Assembly (NCBI RefSeq): GCF_001458695.1
Contig: NZ_LN885086.1
Span: 330,001 to 362,000, forward strand
Length of the DNA stretch: 32,000 bases
DNA from: Candidatus Nitrospira inopinata
GTDB taxonomy: Bacteria; Nitrospirota; Nitrospiria; Nitrospirales; Nitrospiraceae
Reading direction: 5' to 3'
Shown here: one piece after another, positions 16,867 through 25,764 of the stretch
Numbering within the stretch: the first letter of the stretch is position 1
Layout: each line of letters opens with the position of its first letter
The notes under the pieces: model-generated
Seen by the model: only the letters and a program-made list of their open reading frames with translations
What the model was told of the DNA's origin: nothing
Databases searched by the model: none
Translations under genes and position numbers: made by a program

Positions 16867-18172
16867 GACCATTCCTCCCTTCTTCACTGCGCCCGCTCAG
16901 ATCGACTCCGATCACTTGTTCGAGTTCCGCGAGACGATGTTCCCGCTCAACCAGCACTCGGTAGTACTCCTCGTGAAATCTCTGCCAGGTCCGTTGAGCA
17001 TCGATCAGATTCAGAATCCCTCCTTTCCCCGCTCGATACCCCACGCGTGCCGCTTCAAGGTTCTGCGCGGCCTGTGGCAGGATCGTCGTGTGATACAACC
17101 GGGCCACCTGTTCGTTCGCGCGGATCCTGGCGAGAAGGTCTTTGACCTGAAAACGAGTCAAGTTTTCTAACGTGCGCCGTTGTGCCCGCGCGGCCTCGAC
17201 CGACGCCGCGGCTTCCTGAACGTTCGCCTCATACTTCGACTTGGTCCAAAACGCGAAGGGGATGGTCATGGCCACGTAGGCGCCAAAGCCGTCATTGGCC
17301 TGAACGTTCTGGAAGCGCTGCACTTGCACGTTGAAGTCGGGATAATACTGACGCTGGGCTAGGGCGTAAGAATGCTCGTGCTGTTGGACAGCCAGCTCGG
17401 CGGCTTTCAACTCCGGTCTGGCGTTCAGCGCAAGGCTGGACAAATCGTCGATGGTTACGCCAAGCGTCATCAGAGGCGGCTCTTGAGGCACGCCCAACGG
17501 TGACAGGGGATCACGGGCCATGATCGTATTCAGCAGCGCCGCGGCGGTTTCGCGACGCTGTTCCAGCACAGGACGCTGCTGGTGGAGCAGGGAGAGTTCA
17601 ACATGGGCCTTGAGCACGTCGGCCTGCGATCCCGTTCCCGCACGGAACTTTGCATTGGCGACCTCGACGAACTGCCTGAGCAATTGAACCTGTTCATGAT
17701 GAATCTGGATTGCCTTGCGTGCGAGAAACAGATCGTAGTACGCCTGCTTGAGTCGGACGATCAACTCCCGTTCCTTCGCGCGCAGCGCCTGCTCAGCGAT
17801 CTCGGCCGATCGACGGGCCACTTGCTCTCTCAGGACGAGTTTTCCGGGAAAGGGAAATGCCTGGGACAATCCGATGATGGTGTTCTCCGCGCGACCGAGA
17901 TTAAAAGACTGGGGGACATTCCACCAATGAACCGACAGGATCGGATCCTCCAACGAAAGCGCCGCCGTCACTCGTTTCGTGACGGCTTCCCATTGTTTGC
18001 GCGCCGCCACAAGTTCGGGATTTCTCGCCAAAGCTTCATGAATCAAATCCGGTAACACCAAAGGCGGCCGGTCGGTTTGATCGGCGGCAGAAGCGACATG
18101 GCGCGCACCCGTCCAACAACTCAAGCTCACAACCGTGATGGCAAGTAACGGAAATCGAATCGTACGAGCCAT
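16853..18172 (-). CDS. cusC: TolC-family outer-membrane factor (CusC-like)
   Basis: Trimmed to the ATG at 18172 (GGAGGA plus 7 nt). It has a signal peptide and two OEP-type coiled repeats. It sits upstream of cusBA, and its 3' end overlaps the cusB start. Confidence 0.85.
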   Translation of the reverse strand: MARTIRFPLLAITVVSLSCWTGARHVASAADQTDRPPLVLPDLIHEALARNPELVAARKQWEAVTKRVTAALSLEDPILSVHWWNVPQSFNLGRAENTIIGLSQAFPFPGKLVLREQVARRSAEIAEQALRAKERELIVRLKQAYYDLFLARKAIQIHHEQVQLLRQFVEVANAKFRAGTGSQADVLKAHVELSLLHQQRPVLEQRRETAAALLNTIMARDPLSPLGVPQEPPLMTLGVTIDDLSSLALNARPELKAAELAVQQHEHSYALAQRQYYPDFNVQVQRFQNVQANDGFGAYVAMTIPFAFWTKSKYEANVQEAAASVEAARAQRRTLENLTRFQVKDLLARIRANEQVARLYHTTILPQAAQNLEAARVGYRAGKGGILNLIDAQRTWQRFHEEYYRVLVEREHRLAELEQVIGVDLSGRSEEGRNGHESQ

Positions 18173-18319
18173 AGGATGGTCCTCCACAAGAGCTATTCCG
18201 CCCGCGTCTATCGCGAACCTCAACTCCCGTCCGCTACGGAAGTGACGATGGAATAAGCTCGGACTGAGTGCGGGGCAGATGAAACGATGGCGAAACGGTG
18301 TAAGGGAAAACCGGCGAGA

Positions 18320-18694
18320 TCAGATCCGCAGCACGGTGCTTGCCAGAGAATGATGAGGAGGGGAACTCGATTCGAGAGAATGGGGGGAGTGGAGGATACG
18401 TTCGAGTTGATGGCTCACTGTTGGAAGTACCGGCACAATGTGATCCGCCGACCAATGATGATCTTTGTGCCAGAAAGCCGACTGAGATAAGGACTCCACC
18501 CCCAGTGTTTTGAAGGCATCGCACACCTGCCGAACCGGCTGCTCCACGGGAGTGGAACAACCGTTGGCCATCGAAGCATCGGTGAGGCCTGGCAACGGCA
18601 GGAGACAGGCGTAGGCGTTGAAACTAAACGTCAACAGAAACACCGCAATCGTTGCGGCAAGGAACGACCGTGAGTGACAGAAACGCTTTCTCAT
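18320..18694 (-). CDS. Small secreted Cys/His-rich hypothetical protein heading the cus cluster
   Basis: Signal peptide MRKRFCHSRSFLAATIAVFLLTFSFNAYA. His-rich tail (HKDHHWSADH, HSPHSLESSSPPHH). It occupies the position that small accessory proteins such as CzcI hold in other RND operons. Confidence 0.5.
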   Translation of the reverse strand: MRKRFCHSRSFLAATIAVFLLTFSFNAYACLLPLPGLTDASMANGCSTPVEQPVRQVCDAFKTLGVESLSQSAFWHKDHHWSADHIVPVLPTVSHQLERILHSPHSLESSSPPHHSLASTVLRI

Positions 18695-18700
18695 GCGATC

Positions 18701-18730
18701 AGCTTATCCCTCGTCCGTCTCGCGTGTCAA
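18701..18730 (-). promoter_or_regulatory. Candidate sigma-70 promoter (TTGACA-N18-TAAGCT) for the 18694 ORF, implying a near-leaderless transcript
   Basis: On the reverse strand, TTGACA is at 18730-18725 and TAAGCT at 18706-18701. The -10 element ends 6 nt before the ATG at 18694. Confidence 0.3.
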
Positions 18731-18738
18731 CGGCACGG

Positions 18739-19200
18739 TCACGTCACGGCAAGACCGTGCATGATCACAGCCCCATTCGCCTCGTCCATCTTAAGAAACT
18801 CTGCCTCGACCATGAATGACCCACGAGCCTCTTGACTGACGACGAGGAAAGGGATGCGGAAACGCCCCCAGACGGGCCTTCTGAGCGTGCGAGCGTGGAG
18901 CAGAAAAGGGGTCGGGAATCTTTTCTCTGAGCCTTGCGTATGCATCACGGCGATCCACCTGAGCACCTCGCTGAGCACCTCGGAGAACTTCCCCTCGCGG
19001 CGGGGTCACAGTAGCAGATGCCAGTGTTAGACACAAGGGAATAAACCGCGATCCGGATACGGATCGCAGCAACGGCTTCGGCTACGATCTTCTCAAAGGC
19101 TATGTCGTCTGCCGGCTTCTCAAACAACAGCAAGCACGCGATGCGGCGATTGAGCACATGACGCGCAAGAGTTCCGGCGGCAAGACGCGGGCGGCGGCGT
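18739..19200 (-). pseudogene. Degraded REP-associated tyrosine transposase (RAYT / IS200-like Y1) gene
   Basis: The reverse-strand frame reads RRRPRLAAGTLARHVLNRR...FEKIVAEAVAAIRIRIAVYSLVSNTGICYCDP. This is collinear with the RAYT consensus (RRPRL..HV..RGN..., Y.....L......G..IHAYCLMSNHVHLL..P), but the HUH motif is lost (SNTGICY). The continuation (LSEVLRWIAVMHTQ..., GRFRIPFLV) lies in another frame. A perfect 12-bp tandem duplication is at 18959-18982. Confidence 0.5.
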
Positions 19201-19260
19201 AGTCGGGGCTCTACCTGACCCAGTCTCGCTCTTCCAGAAATGATCCCGGCCCCTTTTGTT

Positions 19261-19440
19261 TCAGGGATTGCTCATTATCTTGAGGATGCGCTTCGCAAGA
19301 TGTTCATTGATCTCAGTATGGCGAGGAACCGGCTGGGAAACCCTGGTGACAGGATTGTGATACCAATCATGCTTTCCGCCATGACGAATGAGCACGCAAC
19401 CGCTGGCTTCGAGCTGTCGAATAAGGTCTTTCCTCTTCAC
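19261..19440 (-). CDS. hicA: HicA-family mRNA interferase toxin
   Basis: 59 aa, below the ORF-track cutoff. The GTG at 19440 overlaps the hicB stop (GTGA). Translation is VKRKDLIRQLEASGCVLIRHGGKHDWYHNPVTRVSQPVPRHTEINEHLAKRILKIMSNP, which is typical of HicA/YcfA. Confidence 0.8.
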   Translation of the reverse strand: MKRKDLIRQLEASGCVLIRHGGKHDWYHNPVTRVSQPVPRHTEINEHLAKRILKIMSNP

Positions 19441-19628
19441 TGGAAAGTCAGCTCGGCAAGCTTCCGAACTCCAGGGATTTCACCGCTGGTGAGATCAAGA
19501 TACAGATCGCGAAGGTGGGTTTGTAGGTCTTCGAGAGACTCCCCTTGAGTCCAGTAATCAGGGTAGTCCTGCAGATAGCCGAGCCACTTGTCCTGCTCTT
19601 GCCAATAGATATATTTGATTGATTCCAT
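19437..19628 (-). CDS. hicB: HicB-like antitoxin (short form)
   Basis: MESIKYIYWQEQDKWLGYLQDYPDYWTQGESLEDLQTHLRDLY matches the HicB N-terminal fold pattern (...W.G...D.P...TQGE(S/T)LEE). It lies immediately upstream of hicA and is translationally coupled to it. Confidence 0.7.
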   Translation of the reverse strand: MESIKYIYWQEQDKWLGYLQDYPDYWTQGESLEDLQTHLRDLYLDLTSGEIPGVRKLAELTFQ

Positions 19629-19929
19629 GGTGGCTATTATAGCTAGGTTCCGAACGCCCGAAAAGCCAAGAAAGTGGTCATGAATGGGATGGGAGACCTA
19701 AACATACGTGAAAGCTAAAAGGGAGGGGCTGGAGTATTTCTGTGTCCGGAGGAACGACGGTGACAGCGCCGCTCGTGCAGATCGAGATGCTGAAAAAACT
19801 CCCGGCCTTTCCTATCTATCCTGTTTTATGACAGCCGCATCCGGTGGAGCTGGGAGCCGCGGAGGTTTCAAGGTTTCTGACCCCGCGGGCCGTGGACCGC
19901 CGGCAAGAGAGCCACAACCTATCGGCCAC

Positions 19930-20184
19930 GCCGTTGATCGTCACGGCGGTGCCGGCCCGTCCATCGACCGTGAAGGATCGCTCGCCGATCACGAGATCGA
20001 TCAGCTCGCCGCTCAGGACCGACGGTTGCGTGCCGGCAGAGGGACCACGATGGCTCGCCCGGCCTGCGCACGCCGCAAGAAGCGACGGGATCGCCGCCAG
20101 CAACCCCAGCGCCCCGGCCCGTTTCAGCAGCAGACGTCTCGAAATCCCACCGCTCTCCTCTTCTGCTTCCTCGCGATGCCGCAT
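19930..20184 (-). pseudogene. copA 5' fragment (first ~85 codons), part of repeat copy 2
   Basis: The peptide MRHREEAEEESGGISRRLLL...GTAVTING is identical to the CopA N-terminus. It then runs into unrelated sequence (VADRLWLS...). Confidence 0.9.
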
Positions 20185-20236
20185 GGCGCTTGACCCTCTG
20201 TTCCTTCCTGACAGGTGACCATGTTGACGCCGCATT

Positions 20237-20613
20237 CTACTCTTTCGGGGCCGGCAGAGATCCGCCCCGCCACAAGGCATAGAGCACCGGAATCACCAGC
20301 AATGTCAGCACGGTCGAGCTTATCATGCCGCCGATCATCGGCGCGGCGATGCGTTTCATCATGTCAGCGCCGGGGCCGGTGGTCCCCATGAGAGGGAGCA
20401 AGCCACCCATGATGGCGACGACGGTCATCATCTTGGGTCGCACGCGTTGCACCGCCCCCTCCATGATGGCCTCGCGCAGATCCTGCGCCGTGGCCAGGCG
20501 CCCTTCGCCCATACGCCGCTCAGCGGCTTCATCGAGATAGACCAGCATCACCACGCCCGTCTCCGCCGCCACGCCGGCCAGCGCAATGATTCCCACCCAC
20601 ACCGCCACGCTGA
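20237..20613 (-). pseudogene. cusA 3' fragment (last ~125 codons), part of repeat copy 2
   Basis: The C-terminal peptide VAVWVGIIALAGV...LPAPKE is identical to CusA. Upstream of it, the 229-aa ORF is unrelated sequence. Confidence 0.9.
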
Positions 20614-20937
20614 AGGGAGCTTCACCGCTGACTGACTGATTGCTACACCTCCTCAACATAGCTACGCAGATCGCCCACGGCGGCACCGACATGCTCGACC
20701 CCCATGGCAGCCATGGTCTTGGGCCGCCATGGCCTTGGCCATCGAGAACGCACTCGTTCGTCATGAACGAGAGTGAGCGCCTCATCAGACCGATCGGATC
20801 ACCTCTCCTGTTCTGACATTCAGTTTGCCTTGCCCTGGCGTAGGCGGAGCCACGCAAGAACCTGGGGCACACGCGCAGTTCCAGGCCCAGGATCGCACCC
20901 GACGTGAGCAAGGCACAACAAGGCACAAGGAGCGAAA

Positions 20938-21408
20938 GTGCGAACGGACCCGATTCAGATCAAGCCAGGCGAGGCGGGACGGCTCATCTATGATCTGGAG
21001 CGGAGATTAGGCAGCGTCGTCCTGCCGAATGCATTGGATCGGAAGTATCCCCAGGCGAGCCGAGAGGGGGGCTGGCAGTGGGTCTTCCCAGCCTCGAAGT
21101 ATTACACCCATCCGGTGACGCGTGAGCCGTACAGACATCCCCTGCATGAATCCGTCCTGCAGAAGGCCGTCAAAGAAGCCGCCCGCAAGGCTGGGCTCGC
21201 CAAGCCGGCCAGTTGCCACACGTTTCGCCATTCCTTGGCAACTCACCTCCTGAAGGATGGCTACGACATCCGCACAGTCCAAGAGCTCCTTGGGCATAAG
21301 GATGTGCATGCCGTCATGATCGACACGCATGTCCTGAATCGAGGTGGACGTGGGGTCTGCAGCCCCGCAGACCGGCTGGGACAAGGATTAAGCCCTTCGC
21401 AGCCATAA
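20938..21408 (+). pseudogene. intI: Integron integrase (IntI) C-terminal fragment, catalytic Tyr replaced by Asp
   Basis: [25 protein letters not shown] is the IntI-specific insertion. [12 protein letters not shown] and LLGH boxes are present. The last box reads [18 protein letters not shown] where IntI and Xer recombinases have M-I-Y-T-H-V. About 170 N-terminal residues, including box I, are absent. Confidence 0.75.
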
Positions 21409-21459
21409 ATGGAACTACGCCGGTCCGTATAGCACGCCATCGTCGTGCCGTGGAGAAGG

Positions 21460-21488
21460 TTGACAAGTGATGGAACATGCGAAAGAAT
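21460..21488 (+). promoter_or_regulatory. Candidate sigma-70 promoter TTGACA-N17-AAGAAT reading into the cassette array
   Basis: TTGACA at 21460-21465 and AAGAAT at 21483-21488, between the intI stop and the first cassette. Confidence 0.3.
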
Positions 21489-21569
21489 CACCCGCCGGTG
21501 TGTAATCCATCTATGCGTACTATGCCGGTCAGTATGCTCAATAGTTATGTGTCACAGGGAATGAGAACA

Positions 21570-21917
21570 ATGAATATCAAGACCATACTTATTCTTCTTT
21601 TAGCCCTTAGCGTCGTTGGCTGCGGCACACGCCGCCCCGATCCTGCGACGCGCGCTCAAACGGAGCTTGTTGGCATGTCGAAGAAGGAATTACTTTCTTG
21701 TGCCGGCGTACCAATTCGACAGACTCAACTCGAAGACATGGAGTTCTTGGTATTCAAGACCGAAAGCTTATTTGATGGCAAACATACCTACTGCTAAGCA
21801 ACCGTAGCGTTAAAGAACGGGCGTGTTGAAAAGATCAGTTATGAGTACCGCTATGCGATACTTACCAAACGACTGCGCGAATGTGGCTTGATCGTACAGC
21901 GTTGTTTGACTCCATGA
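21570..21917 (+). pseudogene. Cassette-borne small lipoprotein interrupted by an in-frame TAA (21795-21797)
   Basis: MNIKTILILLLALSVVGCG is a lipobox signal. After the TAA the same frame continues for 39 codons (ATVALKNGRVEKISYEYRYAILTKRLRECGLIVQRCLTP) to a TGA at 21915-21917, 7 nt before attC-1. Confidence 0.6.
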
Positions 21918-21924
21918 CTTTCAC

Positions 21925-21987
21925 ACATAACACGTCACTCAAGCGGACGCGCCAAACAAGGGCGCGCCGCCTAGCTTTGCGTTTATT
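21925..21987 (+). other. attC site 1
   Basis: ACATAAC-ACGTCACTCAAGCGGACGCGCC-AAACAAG-GGCGCGCCGCCTAGCTTTGC-GTTTATT. The central GGACGCGCC/GGCGCGCC stem and the imperfect outer arms give an R''...R' layout. Confidence 0.6.
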
Positions 21988-21989
21988 AC

Positions 21990-22357
21990 TTGTCCGTTTT
22001 GTGGGTCGGCGGTTGGCGCGGCCGGATGGTGAAGAAGGCGGGTTGTTTTTTCTACGGCCGGTTGGCCAGCCCCTGGGCGGCGCATTCCTGACGCGCGGTC
22101 CGCGCGCTTGATTTCTTCACCTCCAGCGCGCACCGTGACGCGGCTCAGGCCAGTACTCTCAGGACCAATTGCACGCCGCCGCGCCCCAGCTGGAGCGCCA
22201 ACAGGCCCGCAAACCGGCGTCGGGCTTTCTCGTCCAAACTCGTTATGCCCCGATTGATGGCCTGATGCGCACACGCCACTTGGCCATACGGATGCTCAGC
22301 ACAGGCAGCACGCGCACAAGGATAGAGACGACAACGCGATCTATTCTTCTTGCTCAT
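21990..22357 (-). pseudogene. Frameshifted HTH / transposase N-terminal remnant (ISAzo13-like)
   Basis: LDEKARRRFAGLLALQLGRGGVQLVLRVLA, then in another frame GLSRVTVRAGGEEIKR...MRRPGAGQPAVEKT...DPQNGQ. This parallels what I recall of ISAzo13-family N-termini (L.E+.RRL.AA.EA.ALGRGG...V...TG.SR.TI..G..EL....RR.GGGRK......DP). It ends at the attC-1 boundary. Confidence 0.35.
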
Positions 22358-22365
22358 GGCTCAAG

Positions 22366-22480
22366 ACCCAACGCTCGCCGGTCCCCCGGCGCACGGTCAG
22401 ACCGTGAGCTTACTCCAAAAGGGACAAGTTATTCCTTGACAAATCCTTATGGACAGAAAATTCGTGGTGAGTGGTTAGAC
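22366..22480 (+). other. Possible long, poorly paired attC or cassette boundary in front of the R-M genes
   Basis: ACCCAAC (a perfect RYYYAAC) is at 22366-22372. GTTAGAC is at 22474-22480 and is identical to the R' core of attC-3. Only the outer roughly 9 nt of the arms pair (GCTCGCCGG versus the reverse complement ACTCACCAC). An inner perfect hairpin CACGGTC-A-GACCGTG is off-centre. Confidence 0.25.
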
Positions 22481-22539
22481 GCATAACCGATAGCCCTGTA
22501 TACTTGTCGTAATTACCCTGTCCTTGGGAGCGTGGAGCA

Positions 22540-23969
<1,430 letters not shown>

Positions 23970-23970
<1 letters not shown>

Positions 23971-24926
23971 TGCCCGCGCCCCCTTACCGCGAGCATCTTC
24001 AATCCAGCAGTGATCTTGTAACGACCTATGAAGCCACCCGCGCCGGTTTCGTGACACTTGCACTTGAAAAGAACCGACGGGCTACTCCTCACGTCGCAGA
24101 AGCCAGAGCATTACAAGAGGCCGCATCTAAGGCCAGAACGCCCGCCGACCTGCTGGCTATCAAGGGCATCGAGTCGGGCCTGCTAACTGCGGCAGGGCTA
24201 TCTGATAAATCTCTCATCCATTTACTGCCAGATGACAAAGCGGAAGCCATCAATGGCCTCATCAAGAATTTTCTCGAGCCAGCAGGGACAAAATTTGTTG
24301 AAGAACTGGTGTTTAGGTTTTTGTTGACTCGTGGTGACGCGCTCGGCGGCTCAATGCGTAACATCGGCGGTGCATTGGCGCAGAGAAAACTTACCCGTGC
24401 CATCATTTCAACGCTGACGATTGCTGGTATTAGGTATAAGTGGCAACACTCAAAGACCAAGAAATGGGCTGACATGACCGACGATGATTCGGAAATAGAG
24501 TTATCTTTGCGCGGGTTGAGTTGGGAAAGCGGAGGCAAGAGCCGCACCTTGATTTACAACCTGACCGTGCCTCTGGTTAAGAATAACGTGGATATGTGCT
24601 TGTTCAATCTCAACCCGGAGGAACTGGAAGCTACTGCGTACAAATCCGCCAAGTCATATATTGCTCTTGGCGAACTGAAGGGAGGAATAGACCCCGCAGG
24701 CGCAGACGAGCATTGGAAAACTGCACGAGCCGCCCTCGACCGTATCCGCGAAGCCTTTTCCAAGGCGAGACATTCGCCGCGCACTTTCTTTGTTGGCGCG
24801 GCGGTCGAGAAGAAGATGGCAGACGAAATTTGGGGTCAATTGAAGAAGGGTCTTCTCACCAATGCCGCCAATTTGAACGAGCCGAATCAGATAGCATCAA
24901 TTTCCCGTTGGTTATGTACGCTGTAA
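23970..24926 (+). CDS. Putative type II restriction endonuclease (PD-(D/E)xK-like)
   Basis: The ATG overlaps the methyltransferase stop (TAATG), with GGAGA 8 nt upstream. The candidate catalytic pattern is VD(24591-24593)MCLF ... 26 aa ... GELK(24672-24680)GG. I do not recognise any other domain. Confidence 0.5.
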
Positions 24927-24939
24927 ATCCAGCATGGCC

Positions 24940-25004
24940 ATCCAACCTGCGCGTGCAGCCGACCGCTTCGCGCCGCGCGCCGCTGCTGAACCGATCCGTT
25001 AGAA
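24940..25004 (+). other. attC site 2
   Basis: ATCCAAC-CTGCGCGTGCAGCCGACCGC-TTCGCG-CCGCGCGCCGCTGCTGAACCGATCC-GTTAGAA. It starts 14 nt after the endonuclease stop and ends 21 nt before the next ATG. The core resembles classical aadA-type attC (…AGCCGAC.CCGCTTCGCGG…). Confidence 0.65.
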
Positions 25005-25025
25005 CGCACGCACGAGGGAGGCATC

Positions 25026-25760
25026 ATGCATTTACAAAATGTTTTTACCGCAACATTGGTTCTGTGTCTCAGCTTGGTTTTAGGCTGCGCCACCATGCAG
25101 CCCGCGCGGTTTGTTGTACATATTGATTCGCTTGCGCAGACTGACGCAACCGCGAAAAAACGTTACGTGCTCCTGCCTGGCGGAAAAGGAGTGGAAGCTG
25201 GCGACCTTCAGTTTCAAGAATTCGCCACATACATAGAAAAGGTTCTTGCTGAAAAAGGGTTCGTGAAGGCCAGTGCATTCCAAGACGCCGATGTGGCAAT
25301 TTTTCTCTCTTACGCAATAGGCGATCCACAAACCTATCAGTATTCCTATTCGCTACCGATTTGGGGACAAACAGGCGTCTCCTCGGCGCACACCTACGGA
25401 ACAGTGTCCTCATACGGAGGCATGGCGACTTACTCTGGAACAACTACATATACACCCGAATACGGCATAACAGGTTACACAACCCACATCGCCACAAATA
25501 CTGTCTTCACGAGATTTCTGTTTCTTGATGCCTATGACGTCGCAACCTATCTCAAAGAAAAGAAGATGAACCAAGTATGGAAAACAAATGTTGTGAGCAC
25601 CGGCTCCAGTGGAGACCTCCGGTTGGTTGTTCCTTATATGGTTGCTGCAATGAAGCCGTATTTGGGCACAAACACAGGTCGCAAAATTGAAGTGGAGATG
25701 CCTGCAGATGATCCGTTTGTTCAGTTTCTGCGTGGTAGCCAACCTCCGGCAATTAAATAA
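25026..25760 (+). CDS. Cassette-borne lipoprotein (DUF4136-like)
   Basis: GAGGGAGG Shine-Dalgarno. Lipobox LSLVLGC. The sequence is rich in Tyr/Thr/Gly. It is bracketed by attC-2 and attC-3. Confidence 0.75.
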   Translation: MHLQNVFTATLVLCLSLVLGCATMQPARFVVHIDSLAQTDATAKKRYVLLPGGKGVEAGDLQFQEFATYIEKVLAEKGFVKASAFQDADVAIFLSYAIGDPQTYQYSYSLPIWGQTGVSSAHTYGTVSSYGGMATYSGTTTYTPEYGITGYTTHIATNTVFTRFLFLDAYDVATYLKEKKMNQVWKTNVVSTGSSGDLRLVVPYMVAAMKPYLGTNTGRKIEVEMPADDPFVQFLRGSQPPAIK

Positions 25761-25764
25761 TGTG

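Larger units (their letters stand above)
19930..20613. repeat. Direct repeat copy 2 (684 bp), identical to 11553-12236
   Basis: Identity starts at GCCGTTGATCG and ends at CCACGCTGA. The flanks diverge abruptly on both sides. Confidence 0.95.

Noticed and set aside
16321-17170. + strand ORFs 16321..17145 and 16796..17170
   Set aside because: They are antisense to cusB and cusC and have low-complexity Arg/Ser/Pro composition.
19629-19929. Search for a tRNA or other integration target next to the accessory region (GGTTCCGAAC resembles a T-loop)
   Set aside because: The flanking bases cannot form a T-stem or an acceptor stem. I could fold no cloverleaf here or elsewhere in the window.
19708-20926. 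ORFs 19708..20193 (+), 19816..20280 (-) and 20237..20926 (-) as intact genes
   Set aside because: The minus-strand ORFs are chimeras: exact copies of the CopA N-terminus or the CusA C-terminus fused to unrelated read-through. The + ORF is antisense to them. They are reported instead as pseudogene fragments of the 684-bp repeat.
21007-21384. 125-aa minus-strand ORF
   Set aside because: It is antisense to the IntI fragment, whose conserved recombinase boxes identify the + frame as the real (ancestral) one.
25069-25742. Minus-strand ORFs 25069..25443, 25080..25331 and 25410..25742
   Set aside because: They are antisense to the cassette lipoprotein gene, which has a strong Shine-Dalgarno sequence and a lipobox and fits exactly between two attC sites.
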